This document shows positions 1 to 11,789 of a stretch of 64,000 nucleotides of DNA, one piece after another. A program made the position numbers and the translations under genes. The stretch comes from Squalus acanthias (Eukaryota). How positions within the stretch are numbered: position 1 is the stretch's first letter; the number at the start of each line of letters is the position of its first letter. The notes below the pieces were generated by a model. It saw only the letters and a program-made list of their open reading frames with translations, ran no database searches and had not been told where the DNA came from. The stretch lies in the NCBI GenBank assembly GCA_030390025.1, contig CM059443.1:55490001-55554000 (forward strand). The letters are read 5' to 3'.

Positions 1-359
1 GCCCTTCAAAGGATTCGACAGGGCAGATTCCGGTGTAGTCCCAGAAGGTGGTAGAAGTTTAAAATGGCTACTTTGCATCACTCTTCCCTACTGAAAATGA
101 TGCTGGGTTACCAATACTACCACATCGGGTTGATGCCAAGATTGAACGTTTTAAAGTGGATCTGGATATAGTCCTTCCTAGAATTAGAGCTTTTAAAACC
201 AATCAGCTGCTGGCCCTGATGGCATTCACCCTAGGGTACTCAAAGAATTTGAGGTGGGTGGATGGGGGGGGGCGGGGAGGGGGGATGGTGGGGATGCTCT
301 GCGAGTCATTTGCTCATTTATCTAATGGCTCTTTGGGATCTGGGATTGTTGCCATGGAT

Positions 360-1535
360 CCATGTGGTGCCAATATTTAAAAATGGGCAATAAGTCAAAA
401 CCAGGAAACAATAGGCTCCATTAGCTTGACTTAATTGGCAAATTGCTAGACGGGATCATTAGTTTACGATTACTTTCAAAGAGAGAAAGAGTTATTAGGG
501 GATCTCAGTGTGGCTTCTAAGAACATCAGGGCCCTCGAGCCTGCTCCGCCATTCCATAAGATCATGGCTGATCTTCTACCTCAACTCCACTCTCACACCC
601 TATCCCCATATCCCTCGATTCCCTTAGTGTCCAAAAATCTATTGATCTCAGCCTTGAATATACTCAATTATTCAGCATCCACAGCCCTCTGGGGTAGAGA
701 ATTCCAAAGATTCACAACCCTCTGAGTGAAGAAATTCCTCCTCATCTCAGTCCATAATGGCCGACCCCTTATCCTGAGACTGTGCCCCCCTGGTTCTAGA
801 CTCTCCAGTCAGGGGGAAACAACCTCTCAGTAAATACCCTGTCAATCCCCTTCAGAATCTTGTATAATACCACAGGAACACTGTGCTCGGGAGGAGACAA
901 TGTTTCGCTACTAGTCAGTATCCAGTGGAGACCCCCCACACTAACATTGGAAGCTGCATAAGTGCGAATGTCGGGTGAGCGTATGATTGGTGTTTAGCTA
1001 TGACACCATCTTCTGGTATGGAGAGCAACTATTCAGGCAGAAGTGACTATGCCCCCTCGTTCCAGACTCCCCAGCCAGGGAGAAACATCCTCTCAGCATC
1101 TACCCTGTCAAGCCCTCCAGGAATTTTATACGTTTCAATGAAATGACCTCTCATTCTTCTAAACTCCAGAGAATATAGACCCATTCTACTCAATCTCTCC
1201 TCATAGGACAACCCTCTCATCTCTGGCAATAGAAGGTCCTGTTTCACCAACTTGGTTGAATTTTTGGCAGCAATTACAAAGCTGGTGGATGATAGTAGTT
1301 CAGTCAATACTGTACAGCTAGAATTTCAAAAAAGCTTTTGATCAAATGCCGCACCAAAGGCTACCAAGCAAGGTTGAGATTGTAGGATTAGCAGGCAGAT
1401 AAGAAACTAGTCGCGTTTGCAGAGACAGAAGGTAGTTATGAATGGTAGAGGTCCTGCACGGGGCCAGTCATTCGTGAAGTCCCGCAGGGATCGGTGTTAG
1501 GGCTGTTATTCTTAACCCTCTTTATCGATGAACGA
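360..1535 (+). mobile_element. Old degenerate CR1 LINE RT fragment, split by younger insertions
   Basis: Decayed ORF2 motifs: VVPIFK at about 365, RSCFTNLVEF and EFQKAFD at 1232-1345, VPQGSVLG at about 1480. Confidence 0.7.
518..1228 (-). mobile_element. Two CR1 3' fragments (about 518-866 and 1045-1228)
   Basis: Minus-strand LSYEERLSRMGLYSLEFRRMRGHFIETYK and a CR1 3'UTR. Confidence 0.85.
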
Positions 1536-2108
1536 GAACTGCTCCACATCCAGTTCTCTAGCTTGATCTCTTGTCGAGCATGACAAGAGTTCCAAATATT
1601 TTTGAACATTGCGTTCACAGAATCACGACAGGCAGTGATCAGAATAACCAGATTCCACTGCATCCTACATTATTCATCCTTAACTGCTTGCCTTCCTTGT
1701 CGTGGCATTTGCATTGTTGAGCGAGTTCAGAAGCCTCTATGTTCCACAGCGCATTCAGTGCACGGAGAGTTCTTATCCTCAGAGGCCTCAATTGCTTTCC
1801 TCACCAGATGCTGTGCCAGCTGTTTTCTTTGTGCTAATTAACATATTATTAACTGGATTTGTCGGGTGTCTGTTCCACATACCTACTGTTCTGAGGAAAA
1901 ATTCATTCTCAACTGAAATCCTGCTTGATGCTTGTTAGTTTTATACTCCTGCCCTCTAGTCTGTGCTCACAGCCCAAGTCAACTAATCAGCTTGCATCGA
2001 CATTGTCCTATCCTCTCAGCGTTTTTTTGATTGGCGATTACACCTCCTTTCAATCAATCACTTTACACCCAATGATAATAAGTTGGCTTGTGTGACTCTC
2101 TCTCTTTA

Positions 2109-2567
2109 GTGTCAGCTGTGGCTCAGTGGGTAGCACACTTGCCTCTGAGTCAGAAGGTTGTGGGTTTAAGTCCCACTCCAAGAACTTGAGCACATAAATC
2201 TAGGTTGACACTCCCAGTGGAGTGCTGCACTGTCGAAGGTGCTGTCTTTCGGATGAGACGTTAAACTGAGGCCCCGTCTGCTCTCAGGTGGGTGTAAAAG
2301 ATCCCATGGTGCTATTTTGAAGAAGTGTTAGGGGAGTTATCCCCGGTGTCCTGGGTCAATATTTATCTCTCAACCAACATAACAAAAACAGATTATCTGG
2401 TCATTATCACATTGCTGTTTGTGGGAGCTTGCTGTGCGCAAATTAGCTGCTGCATTTCCCACATTACAACAGTGAATACACTTCAAAAAGTTCTTCATTG
2501 GCTGTAAAGCGATTTGAGACGTCTGGTGGTCATGAAAGACGCTATATAAATGCAGGTCTTTTTTTTG
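2109..2567 (+). mobile_element. SacSINE1-like tRNA-derived Deu-SINE
   Basis: tRNA-like head (GTGGCTCAGTGGGTAGC...GGTTTAAGTCCC), Deu-type body and L2-like tail (CGCTATATAAATGCA). Confidence 0.85.
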
Positions 2568-2632
2568 ATGACTTTGATCCTTAAATTCAGGCACCATCTA
2601 CTGCACTTTGCGCTTCTTCCCAACACCACCCA

Positions 2633-3105
2633 GTGTCAGCCGTGGCTCAGTGGGTAGCACCTTTGCCTCTGAGTCAGAAGGTTGTGGGTTCAAGTCCCAC
2701 TCCAGAGACTTGAGCACAAAAATCTAGGCTGGACACTCCAGTGCAGCGCTGAGGGAGCGCTGCACTGTCGGAGATGCCATCTTTCGGACGAGACGTTAAA
2801 CCGAGGCCCCGTCTGCTCTCTCAGGTGGACGTAAGAGATCCCATGGCACTATTTCGAAGAAGAGGAGGGGAGTTATCCCCGGTGTGCTGGCCAATATTTA
2901 TCCCTCAATCAACATCATTAAAACAGATTATCTGGTCATTATCACATTGCTGTTTGTGGAAACTTGCTGTGCGCAAATTGGCTGCCACACTTCCTAGATT
3001 ACAAGAGTGACTACACTCCAAAAAAGTACTTCGTTGGCTGTAAAGCGCTTTGGGACGTCCAGTGGTCGTGAAAAGGCGCTATATAAATGCAAGTCTTTCT
3101 TTCTT
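2633..3105 (+). mobile_element. SacSINE1-like Deu-SINE, full length
   Basis: Same structure as 2109-2567; ends in a (CTTT)n tail. Confidence 0.88.
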
Positions 3106-3624
3106 TGTTTCACCATTAACTTGTGTTCACAGCAAAAATACGCATTTTCTATTATTAGACCCCTATCTCCTGTGAAACTTGCAATGTTATGCCTGATTTG
3201 AATTAGATTGCACACCCCAGAGCCAATGCTGACTTGTCTATCACAATATTTGGCACCAGAGACTACATGGCGGCCCACTGCACCATTGCAATCTACTGTT
3301 CACTTTGAAGGGCAGTAAATATCACACTGTTGGACCGTTTATTCAGGTTAAAACTAGTGGTGCGTTTATTTACAAATGAGATAATTATACAGAAGCAAAA
3401 GGTACGCTGCAAGTAATTGGTAATATAGTATTTATTGACTTGGATAACACAAACTGTTCTAGAAACAAAAAATAGTCCAAGAAGCAAAAAATAGTCCAAA
3501 ATCTTTCGAGTTCTTTCCAGAATCATTAATTGGCATCTCTGATGAATTGTTACATGGAAAAGGCATCCATTGAGCCTCTTTAGGCTGTCTCTGCTGGTAA
3601 CAGACAGTCAAAGCAGAGAACCTA

Positions 3625-4828
3625 ATCATAGAATCATAGAATAGTTACAGTACAGAAGGAGGCCATTTGGCCCATCGAGTCTGCGCCGGCTCTTTCGAAG
3701 AGCAGTCCAGTTAGTCCCACTCCCCCGCTCTTTCCCCATATCCCTGCAATTTTTTCTCCTTCAAGTATTTATCCAATTCCCTTTTGAAAGCTAATATAGG
3801 ACTACTGCCCAGGTATAAGGGATAATTCTGCAACCAGGTAATCCTAGTGGGGAAAGCATTGCTCACAAGGGAGCACTGGTTGGAGAGCGGGCACCAACAC
3901 TGCGAGTGCATAGAATCATAGAGTTATACAGCACAGAAAGAGGCCCTTCGGCCCATCGTGTCCGCGCCAGCCATAAGCCCTGTCTATTCTAATCCCATTT
4001 TCCAGCACTTGGTCCGTAGCCTTGTATGCTATGGCATTTCAAGTGCTCATCTAAATGCTTCTTGAATGTTGTGGGGGTTCCTGCCTCTACCACCCTTTCA
4101 GGCAGTGAGTTCCAGATTCCAACCACCCTCTGGGTGAAAAAGTTTCACCTCAAATCCCCTCTAAACCTCCTGCCCCTTACCTTGAAACTATGCCCCCTGG
4201 TTATTGACCCCTCTACTAAGGGGAAAAGTTCCTTTCTATCTACCCTATCTATGCCCCTCATAATTTTGTACACCTCAATCAGGTCCCCCCTCAGCCTTCT
4301 CTGCTCTAAGGAAAACAACCCCAGCCTGTCCAGTCTCTCTTCATAGCTGAAGCGCTCCAGCCCAGGTAACATCCTGGTGAATCTCCTCTGCACCCTCTCC
4401 AATGCAATCACATCCTTCCTATAGTGTGGTGACCAGAACTGCACACAGTATTCCAGCAGTGGCCTAACTAGAGTTTTGTACAGCCCCATCATAACCTCCC
4501 TGCTCTTGCCTTCATTAGCCGAGGCATAGAATATAAGTATCCCATATGCCTTTTTAACCACCTTATCTACCTGTCCTGCTGCCTTCAGGGATCTATGTAC
4601 ATGCACACCAAGGTCCCTTTGATCCTCTGTCCTTCCTAGGGTCCTACCGTTCATTGTGTATTCCCTTGCCCTTGTTAGTCCTCCCAAAATGCATCACCTC
4701 ACACTTTTCAGGGTTAAATTCCATTTGCCACTTTTCTGCCCATCTGACCAACCCATCTATATCGTCCTGTAGCCTGAGGCTTCCCTCCTCGCTATTTACC
4801 ACTCCACCAATTTTCGTGTCATCTGCAG
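3625..4828 (-). mobile_element. CR1 LINE 3' portions (3625-3795 tail; 3908-4828 RT C-terminus and tail)
   Basis: Minus-strand ADDTKIGG...WQMEFNPEKCEVMHFG...LEYCVQFWSPHYRKD; (CATAGAAT)n tail. Confidence 0.92.
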
Positions 4829-5461
4829 TTCCCAACTGGCAGCTGGGCATCAAGGAATCACTGCCATACACGTGACTGTCTTTGAAAAGGAGACAGGGCT
4901 TTCTTTAAAAACAAACCGATTCTTTGTCAATCGTCTGATAATCAGAATATTAATCGTTTCTACCACTCAAGCAGATAAGGTGCGAGCAGCAGTCTATTGC
5001 CTGCCTGCTGACTCATTTGTTCTTGCAGTTGGCTGCATCGAAACGCATCCACTGTCTGATGAGTCTGCAAGTCCACAAGCATTAACATTTCAGAAACATG
5101 CTGGACTGCCCAAACAACCTTGACCTGACTACATTCTGGCTGGCTCCTCACAAAACTACCAGTTATCTCTAGACGGTTTGGTGTGTTATTTTTCTCGCCA
5201 CAGAAGAACTCTTATGAATATAGTTATCCACAGTCAGTTTTTAAATCATAATGGTCTGTTTTAAAAAAAAAAGAAAGTACAGCGTTTCTTTCTTGTTTGA
5301 AAGATGACCGAGCTCTTCTTCCATTACCCCGTCCGTGCTGCTCATGGCCTCGTGTTCACCTGCGTAAAGCTAATACTTTTATAACGCTAATTAGTTCAAA
5401 TGAGCAAAAGTGCCTGCTTTTGAAGGGACACAAAAAATAAACAGCAAGTTATAAGTACAAA

Positions 5462-5630
5462 TAACAACAGAAAATGCTGCAAACACTCAGCAGGCCAGGC
5501 AGCATCCGTGGAGAGAGAAACAGAGTTAACGTTTGACGTCTGGGACCCTTCATCAGAACTGGAAAAGGCTGGAGATGTAACAGGTTTTAAGCAGGTGCAG
5601 AGGCAGGGAAAGGGGGAGAGGAGGGGAGCA
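5462..5630 (-). mobile_element. Penelope-like element terminal fragment with a degenerate hammerhead
   Basis: Same family as 10680-11055. On the minus strand the core reads CTGATGA-A-GGGTC CCA GACGT-CAAA-CGTT-AACT, with G12 mutated. Confidence 0.7.
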
Positions 5631-5669
5631 GATACCTGATCAAACACGAGAAGGGAAACTGAAAGCAAT

Positions 5670-6428
5670 GGCCCAGAAATTAGGCTCCCTGGCTTCCCGC
5701 GGGTGCAAGGATCCCGCGCGCACCTACCTACCGCGTCTGCCGTTGACCTCTGGGCCCACGGGGTCTTCAGCTCCTGGGCCTCCTGCAGCTGCCGGCGCGC
5801 AGTGCTTGCGTGTCCCAGGGGCGTAGTTAGTGCGATGCATCCCCTGGGATCACGTGGGCCATGGAGAGCCAATGACAGCAGACCATCTTTCATTCATAGA
5901 TTTGACAGGACCTGTCAAATCTATGAATTGAAATTAGCCCCAAAACAACAGCTAAACTTCAAATAAATTTAAAAAAAATCACATTTTAAAAATAACTATA
6001 AGTTAAATAAATTAACTACTTTAAACAAAAATGTAAATTTTTGAAAAAATTAAAAGACTTTTTAACAGTGCTAAAAATAAACTTACCTTTCTTTAAAGTA
6101 TCTAAAAAAGATAAACCTGTTGACATTTTTTTTTAATTGTAATTAATTAACCACTTACCTTGTTGAAAACGGGTCCTGCGCCTCCTTTTTAAAAGCGCAG
6201 GTTCTTCAATACTTACCCTGCCGGAGAAACCTGGAAAAAAACCTAAGTTTGCTGCGTGCGCGCAGCCTCTACCGCGCACGCGGTTCACCTCTGAACCGCT
6301 TCCTTCACGAGACCGGAACTTCTGGTTTCCCGCGCATGCGCAGTGCATGCAGGAAACCGGCACTTCAGGAGGCCTTATGGGTGAGTACACAGTGCGTACT
6401 CACCTGGCAAGTGCCGAATTTTTGGCCC
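5670..6428 (+). mobile_element. PIF/Harbinger-type MITE, family A copy 1
   Basis: Imperfect TIRs GGCCCAGAAATT / AATTTTTGGCCC; TSD AAT/AAT; AT-rich core; near-identical to 17009-17772 and 47095-47846. Confidence 0.85.
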
Positions 6429-6525
6429 AATGAAGAGACAAACGAAAATCCCGTCGGAGAGAAGAGCAGAACTTCTTCAAGGTGGGCATTCCTGGAAGAG
6501 AAGTGGCAGTGAACCAAACACTAAC

Positions 6526-6634
6526 ACGATAGCAAAATACTGCGGATGCTGGAAATCTGAAATAAAAACAAAAAATGCTGGAAGCACTCAGCAGGCCAGG
6601 CAGCATCCGTGGAGAGAGAAACAGAGTTAACGTT
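6526..6634 (-). mobile_element. Penelope-like terminal fragment
   Basis: CGATAGCAAAATACTGCGGATGCTGG...CAGAGTTAACGTT is the reverse complement of the 36176-36284 terminus. Confidence 0.75.
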
Positions 6635-6639
6635 AAGTA

Positions 6640-6930
6640 AAACAAGCTTATCAAATTAAAGCATAATGTTGTTCCTGGTGCCGATCACTCACTCCAGCCC
6701 CTCTGGTGCCCACCGGTCGCGGAGGGCCTCAAGCGTACCGACGGACACTGCGTGCTCCATCTCCAGGGCCACCCAGGCGCGGATGTAGACGCGGAAGAGA
6801 GGGGGACAGTCGGGCTGAACGATCCCCTCGACCGCCCGCTGTCCGGACCAGTTGATGGCCACCTTGGCCCAGGCCCCAGTAACAGTCCCATGAGGAGGTC
6901 CTTCGACTTACCCGCTCTCCCTCCGCCGTG
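6640..6930 (-). mobile_element. Tx1-clade (L1-group) LINE 3' end, ORF2 C-terminus
   Basis: After correcting a frameshift, the minus strand reads DLLMGLLLG/AKVAINWSGQRAVEGIVQPDCPPLFRVYIRAWVALEMEHAVSVGTLEALRDRWAPEGLE, resembling the C-terminal segment of vertebrate Tx1 ORF2; a short AT-rich tail follows. Confidence 0.7.
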
Positions 6931-7437
6931 TCGGGTGGCAAAAAGATCAGGAGCTCGGGGACTGAAGTGCAGCGGGAAATTGAGGAGCAGCCCCCTTCAA
7001 ATAGTGGAAGTGGGGCTGCAACCTCTCTGCCTAAAGCGAGAACAACTTGTTTTGACACAGACAAATGGCCTCGCGCTGTGTCCCAGTACATGATTAGCCT
7101 TATTGATGAAAGCCTCACATTGACTGTGTACTTTTGATGGTCAATAATTGTACCTTGGCCCTTTCTTCACATCCAAATGCAATGGAGGGGAAAAAACTCT
7201 GCTGATTTCAGGGATACTGCGCTTTCAGTGGTGACGGGCAGGCAGCACTGAATGTCCTCTGATAACGGGCTAAAAAATCTGCCATTTAAATGTCATACCC
7301 TTATAGATTTTGCAGGATCTCCACTTCGGTAGTAATCACAGGCTGGATAAAGCACTGAAATAATGAACATTGCTCATTGTACGTGGCGTTTAACTGAATA
7401 TGTGTCCTCTGTGTACACAGTGGAATGCATTAGTTTC

Positions 7438-7945
7438 AAATGTAATGTAGGAAACGCAGCAGCCAATTAGCTCACAGCAAGCTCCCACAAACAGCCATGT
7501 GATAATGACCAGATAAATAGTTTTAGTGATGTTGGTTGAGGGATAAATATTGGCCAGGGCACCGGGGAGAACTCCCCTGCTCTTCTTCAAATTGTGCCAC
7601 GGGATCTTGTACGTCCACCTGAGAGGGCAGGCAGGTCCTCGGTTTAACGTCTCATCTGAAAGACGGCACCTCCGACAGTGCAGCGTTCCCTCAGCACTAC
7701 ACTGGGAGTGTCAGCCTAGATTTTATGCTCAAGTCTTTGTCGGCAGCCCCTCCCAAACCCGATCGCTGATCCTTCATCAAAATCCTGGAACTCCCTCCCT
7801 AACAGCCCTGTGGGAGCACCTTCACCACACGGACTGCAGCGGTTCAAGAAGGCAGCTCACCACCATCTTCTCAAGGGCAATTAGGGATGGGCAATAAATG
7901 CTGGGCCTTGCCAGTGACGCCCACATCCCATGAATGAATGAAAAA
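7438..7945. mobile_element. Partial Deu-SINE (minus, 7438-7737) joined to a CR1-group LINE tail (plus, about 7770-7945)
   Basis: Matches the internal copies at 2633 and 14100. Confidence 0.8.
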
Positions 7946-8403
7946 AAAAAGTCCCTGGAGTGAGACATCCTGTCAATAGAGCTTCAGTGCCTCTTTGTTG
8001 TTTGTTATTTATTTATTTATTGAAAATGCTCCCCACTTACCGCGAGAGTCTGCAGTCAAGTTGCCTGCTGGGGACCCATCGGGTCTCGTTGCCGGGTGAA
8101 GCTCAGAGGCTCATGAAAAATGTAGAGCATTGAAAGCTGTTTGTGTCAGGGCATTGGAAGCTGAAATGAATTCATGTTGGGGTGAGTGCTTTTGTCTGCA
8201 TTAATAATTAAACTAGCTGGTGTCTCTCTCGAGAAGGGAGAAAGCAGAACACGGTCCAAATGCAAAGGACAGAGGCTTATCCGAGTGAGGGCAAAGAAGC
8301 AATTTCTTTATCAGTGGCACCATTGCCTGTAGGAACGCACTCCGTGACTGCTCCTGAATTGTGTGATCAGCATTGGTATTTGGTGCTATGTGTTTTCTTT
8401 TTC

Positions 8404-8434
<31 letters not shown>

Positions 8435-8435
8435 A

Positions 8436-8897
8436 AAGAACGACTTACATTTATATAGCGCCTTTCACGACCACTGGATGTCCCAAAGCGCTTTACAGCC
8501 AATGAAGTACTTTTGGAGTGTAGTCACTGTTGTAATGTGGGAAACGCGGCAGCCAATTTGCGCACAGCAAGCTCCCACAAACAGCAATGTGATAATGACC
8601 AGATAATCTGTTTTTGTTATGTTGGTTGAGGGATAAATATTGGCCAGGACACCGGGGATAACTCCCCTGCTCTTCGAAATAGCACCGTGGGATCTTTTAC
8701 GTCCACCTGAGAGAGCAGGCGGAGCCTCGTTTTAACGTCTCATCCGAAAGACGGCACCTCCGACAGTGCAGCACTCCCTCAGCACTGCACTGGAGTGTCA
8801 GCCTAGCTTTATGTGCTCGAGTCCCTGGAGTGGAACTTGAACCCACAACCTTCTGACTCAGAGGCGAGTGTGCTACCCACTGAGCCACAGCTGACAC
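8436..8897 (-). mobile_element. SacSINE1-like Deu-SINE, full length, inserted in a (TA)n tract
   Basis: Reverse complement of the 2633 copy; flanked by TATATATATAAAA on both sides. Confidence 0.88.
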
Positions 8898-10679
8898 TTA
8901 TATATATAAAAATAATATATATAAAAATTTTATATTGTTTACACCGGTAAGTGACTGACTATTTAGGAGCCTGAAATGCACTTTAATGCTTCTGCCATGA
9001 AGCAGTTCATGATATTATCAGGGCCAGAATGATCTCTTGGACAAAATTCGATCGCCTAGGAGGGGATGGAGAGGAATTTAAAATCTTTATCCCCCTCCCC
9101 CCCCCCCCCCCCCAGTTCGGCCTGGGTTTTTCTCACGACCGTGGGTGCCATTGAGCCGTGGAAGGCCATCATTGCCAACCTAGACCTATCCCACAGGAGG
9201 GCACGTTCCCTTTGCCTCTGCCAGGAGATCACATGGTTTCGGGTGCGTTGGGGAGTGTGTCTATTGTGGAGCACAAGGTATCACAATTGTGCGTGGGACA
9301 GGCTGGATGGACCAGGGGGCCTTTTCCTGTCCGTCATTGTTCCTATTACTCAAGTAGCCACTCTTCATTTTTGAACCACATCAGTGATGGTTAGTAAAAT
9401 ATTCGACATGGCAGGGAGACTTCGCAGCCTGTTTATGTCCTTGTTTCACATCTACGCAAGCACACTTCATAGCGGCAGTCACTGGTTAGCGATCAGGAGT
9501 GGGAGCAGCCCTGGCTAGTACTTCCATCACTGTCTTGTTAAGATCAATCAGGGGAGACCACGAGTTGAAGTAAGGTCCAGTCCAACCACACAGTGCATTT
9601 TCCCACCCAGCCTTCAAGGAGAAGAGGTTTGCTTCTTAACAGTGTTAAAATGCAGTGCAGATAGTTCTTTATTAATTAGTCCTTTCCTTCTTGTAAGTTC
9701 CTGAGTACTAAGCCGAGATATGGTTTGTTCTCCGGCAAGATCAAAGGTCGTGCTTCTGTGCATTCCACAGCCCCGTAACGTTACAAATAATCTTGAGTTT
9801 AACTCGATAGGGGTTTAGCAATGGAGATTAGCATTTTCAATTAAACACTGACAAAAGAAATATCACAGCTCTATGAACCAGTCTCCAAGGGGCTCCTCGC
9901 CATTTTCTTTCGGCAATGGTATTCAGGGTTACGGAACCAAGGCGGGTAGATGGAGTTAAGACACAGATCAGCCATGATCTAATTGAATGGCGGAACAGGC
10001 TCGAGGGGCTGAATGGCCTCCTCCTGTTCCTATGCTCTTACACCTTACACTGGAGCAGAAAGGTTGGCTGTGATAGTAAAAGTAATCGGCTCTTTTTACA
10101 TTATGGAAATAGATCCCGTGGCAATTGTGCGTCCTCCGCTGCATCTTCAAATCTAAAAAAAAGACCAGCGACAGTGGTGACCCACTTTCTCACAGCTCGT
10201 GTGAGCTGCCGTTGCACTCAACCGCTCTGCTTCTGGCCAGAGAATGGCTCCGAATGGGGAAAGTAAAGGCAAACGTGGTGCTGAGAACTCTTGGGGGTGG
10301 GGGGGGTGGGGGGGAAAGGTAAAAGAACCAGGAGTTCATGGAAATGAAATGATTCTTGGCGAGACACTGGTCATGTGAACAGAGAGGGGAAGTCCTTGCC
10401 TATTCATGTCGTTCGTGGCATTTTGCAAGGGAGCAGGCAGGGCCACAGAGCTACAATCGATAACCTCCCGGACATTCAGCGACCCCGGCACGCTACAAAA
10501 TTGCACAGCCCTCTCCCGCGGCTGTTAGTTGTCTCCGGCGGGCGGGAAAGGGGGGAGTAGGGGGTGGGCGGGAAGGGGGGAAATGAAATGATTTGCTTGA
10601 ATAAAACAACCATCCGTCGCTTGCTTTACACAACTATGGATGGCTGATTGACTAATTAAATTAATAATGGACATCTTAA

Positions 10680-11055
10680 TTATTTATACCTTTTGTTTGG
10701 CCCCCTTTTTTTCTTCCCTCCCTGAAGCTGGCAGCTGTCCTTCATTCCGCCAGCGCATTTCACACTTCATCTAGCCTCAACCTGTCACATTACCACCTCC
10801 TCTCGCCTTGAATATCTCTTAATGTCTCTCAATGTCTCTTAATCTCTCCTGCTTTCTATCCCACCACTGACCTTCCCTTTTGTTCTTTCATCCCCTCCCC
10901 CTTTTCCCAGCATTATCCTTGCTTTAAATCTATTTCATTCCCTGCTTTTTTTCCAGTTCTGACGAAGGGTCTTCGACCTGAAACGTTAACTCTGTTTCTC
11001 TCTCCACGGATGCTGCCTGGCCTGCTGAGTTTTTCCAGCGTTTTCTGTTGTCATT
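10680..11055 (+). mobile_element. Penelope-like element 3' terminal region
   Basis: Pyrimidine-rich UTR, a hammerhead core and GGATGCTGCCTGGCCTGCTGAG, shared with 36095-36284. Confidence 0.72.
10955..10991 (+). ncRNA. Minimal type I hammerhead ribozyme motif (PLE-associated)
   Basis: AGTT-CTGACGA-A-GGGTC(TTC)GACCT-GAA-ACGT-T-AACT: helix I AGTT/AACT, core CUGANGA and GAAA, palindromic helix III ACGT, GUU cleavage triplet. Confidence 0.75.
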
Positions 11056-11390
11056 TTAATTATTTATGTCTTCTCTTTGAAGGAATTGCCAGCATTGGGT
11101 TGTGGTGAGTGAACTACATAGCGGTTGTAATTAAGGTTAATGGATGGATGACATTGCATACAATGATGTAGAATTTACAGCATAGAAACGAGCCATTCGG
11201 CCCAACTGGTCCATGCCGGTGTTTATGCTCCACATGAGCCTCCTCCCACCTTCCTTCATCTCACCCTAACCCTATCAGCATATCCCTCTACTCCTTTCTC
11301 CCTCATGCACTACCTTGCCCTTAAATGCATCTAGGGCTGCATAACAGAGGCAAAACAATTCACAAGCGTCTTCATTTTGATTTCTTCCAG

Positions 11391-11741
11391 GAGCTTTGGA
11401 GATCCAAGTGCCTGAAGCCCCTGTGGTTGCCATATTTGGAAAAGACGTCACCCTGAACTGTTCTTTCACCACAGACGCCAATTTTTCCCTCGGTGACCTG
11501 AGCATCATTTGGCAGCTCACCGAGACGCGGAAGATGGTGCACAGCTACTCGCTCCTCCAGGACCTGCAGGCCGATCAGGCGGTCGCTTTTGTGAACAGGA
11601 CGGCGTTCTTCCACGAGGAGCTGGAAAAAGGAAACGCTTCCTTACTTTTGAGGCACGCCAAGATCGAGGATGAGGGCAGCTTCACCTGCTTTGTGCGAAT
11701 TAAAGAACACAAGAAAGCTGCCATCGTACTCCAACTGGCAG
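11391..11741 (+). CDS. CD276: CD276/B7-H3 IgV-domain exon (351 nt, phase 1-1)
   Basis: Acceptor tttcttccAG at 11389-90 and donor G|GTATTT at 11742. Translates (G)ALEIQVPEAPVVAIFGKDVTLNCSF...IIWQLTETRKMVHSY...NRTAFF...[37 protein letters not shown], closely matching the human B7-H3 IgV (GALEVQVPEDPVVALVG...LIWQLTDTKQLVHSF...[22 protein letters not shown]). Canonical Ig Cys and Trp are present. Confidence 0.96.
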
Positions 11742-11789
11742 GTATTTATTACAACAACTTGCTGACCAACATTGGCTCCTGTTTCGCCA

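Noticed and set aside
2109-2180. tRNA-like sequences with A and B boxes (many copies)
   Set aside because: These are SINE heads continuous with SINE bodies, not tRNA genes.
5304-5363. ATG after an AG acceptor, as a candidate signal-peptide exon
   Set aside because: The donor is phase 0 (IgV needs phase 1), and the peptide is not a convincing signal sequence.
5703-5966. Recurrent ORF of about 87 aa in family A MITEs
   Set aside because: It is explained by recent shared ancestry of GC-rich, stop-poor sequence, uses non-ATG starts, and has no recognisable domain.
8166-8187. Phase-1 donor G|GTGAGT after MNSCW
   Set aside because: Too short and not hydrophobic enough for a leader peptide.
10290-10580. 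G-run clusters (possible G-quadruplex or promoter) upstream of the IgV exon
   Set aside because: Similar G and C runs are scattered throughout the window, and there is no TSS evidence.
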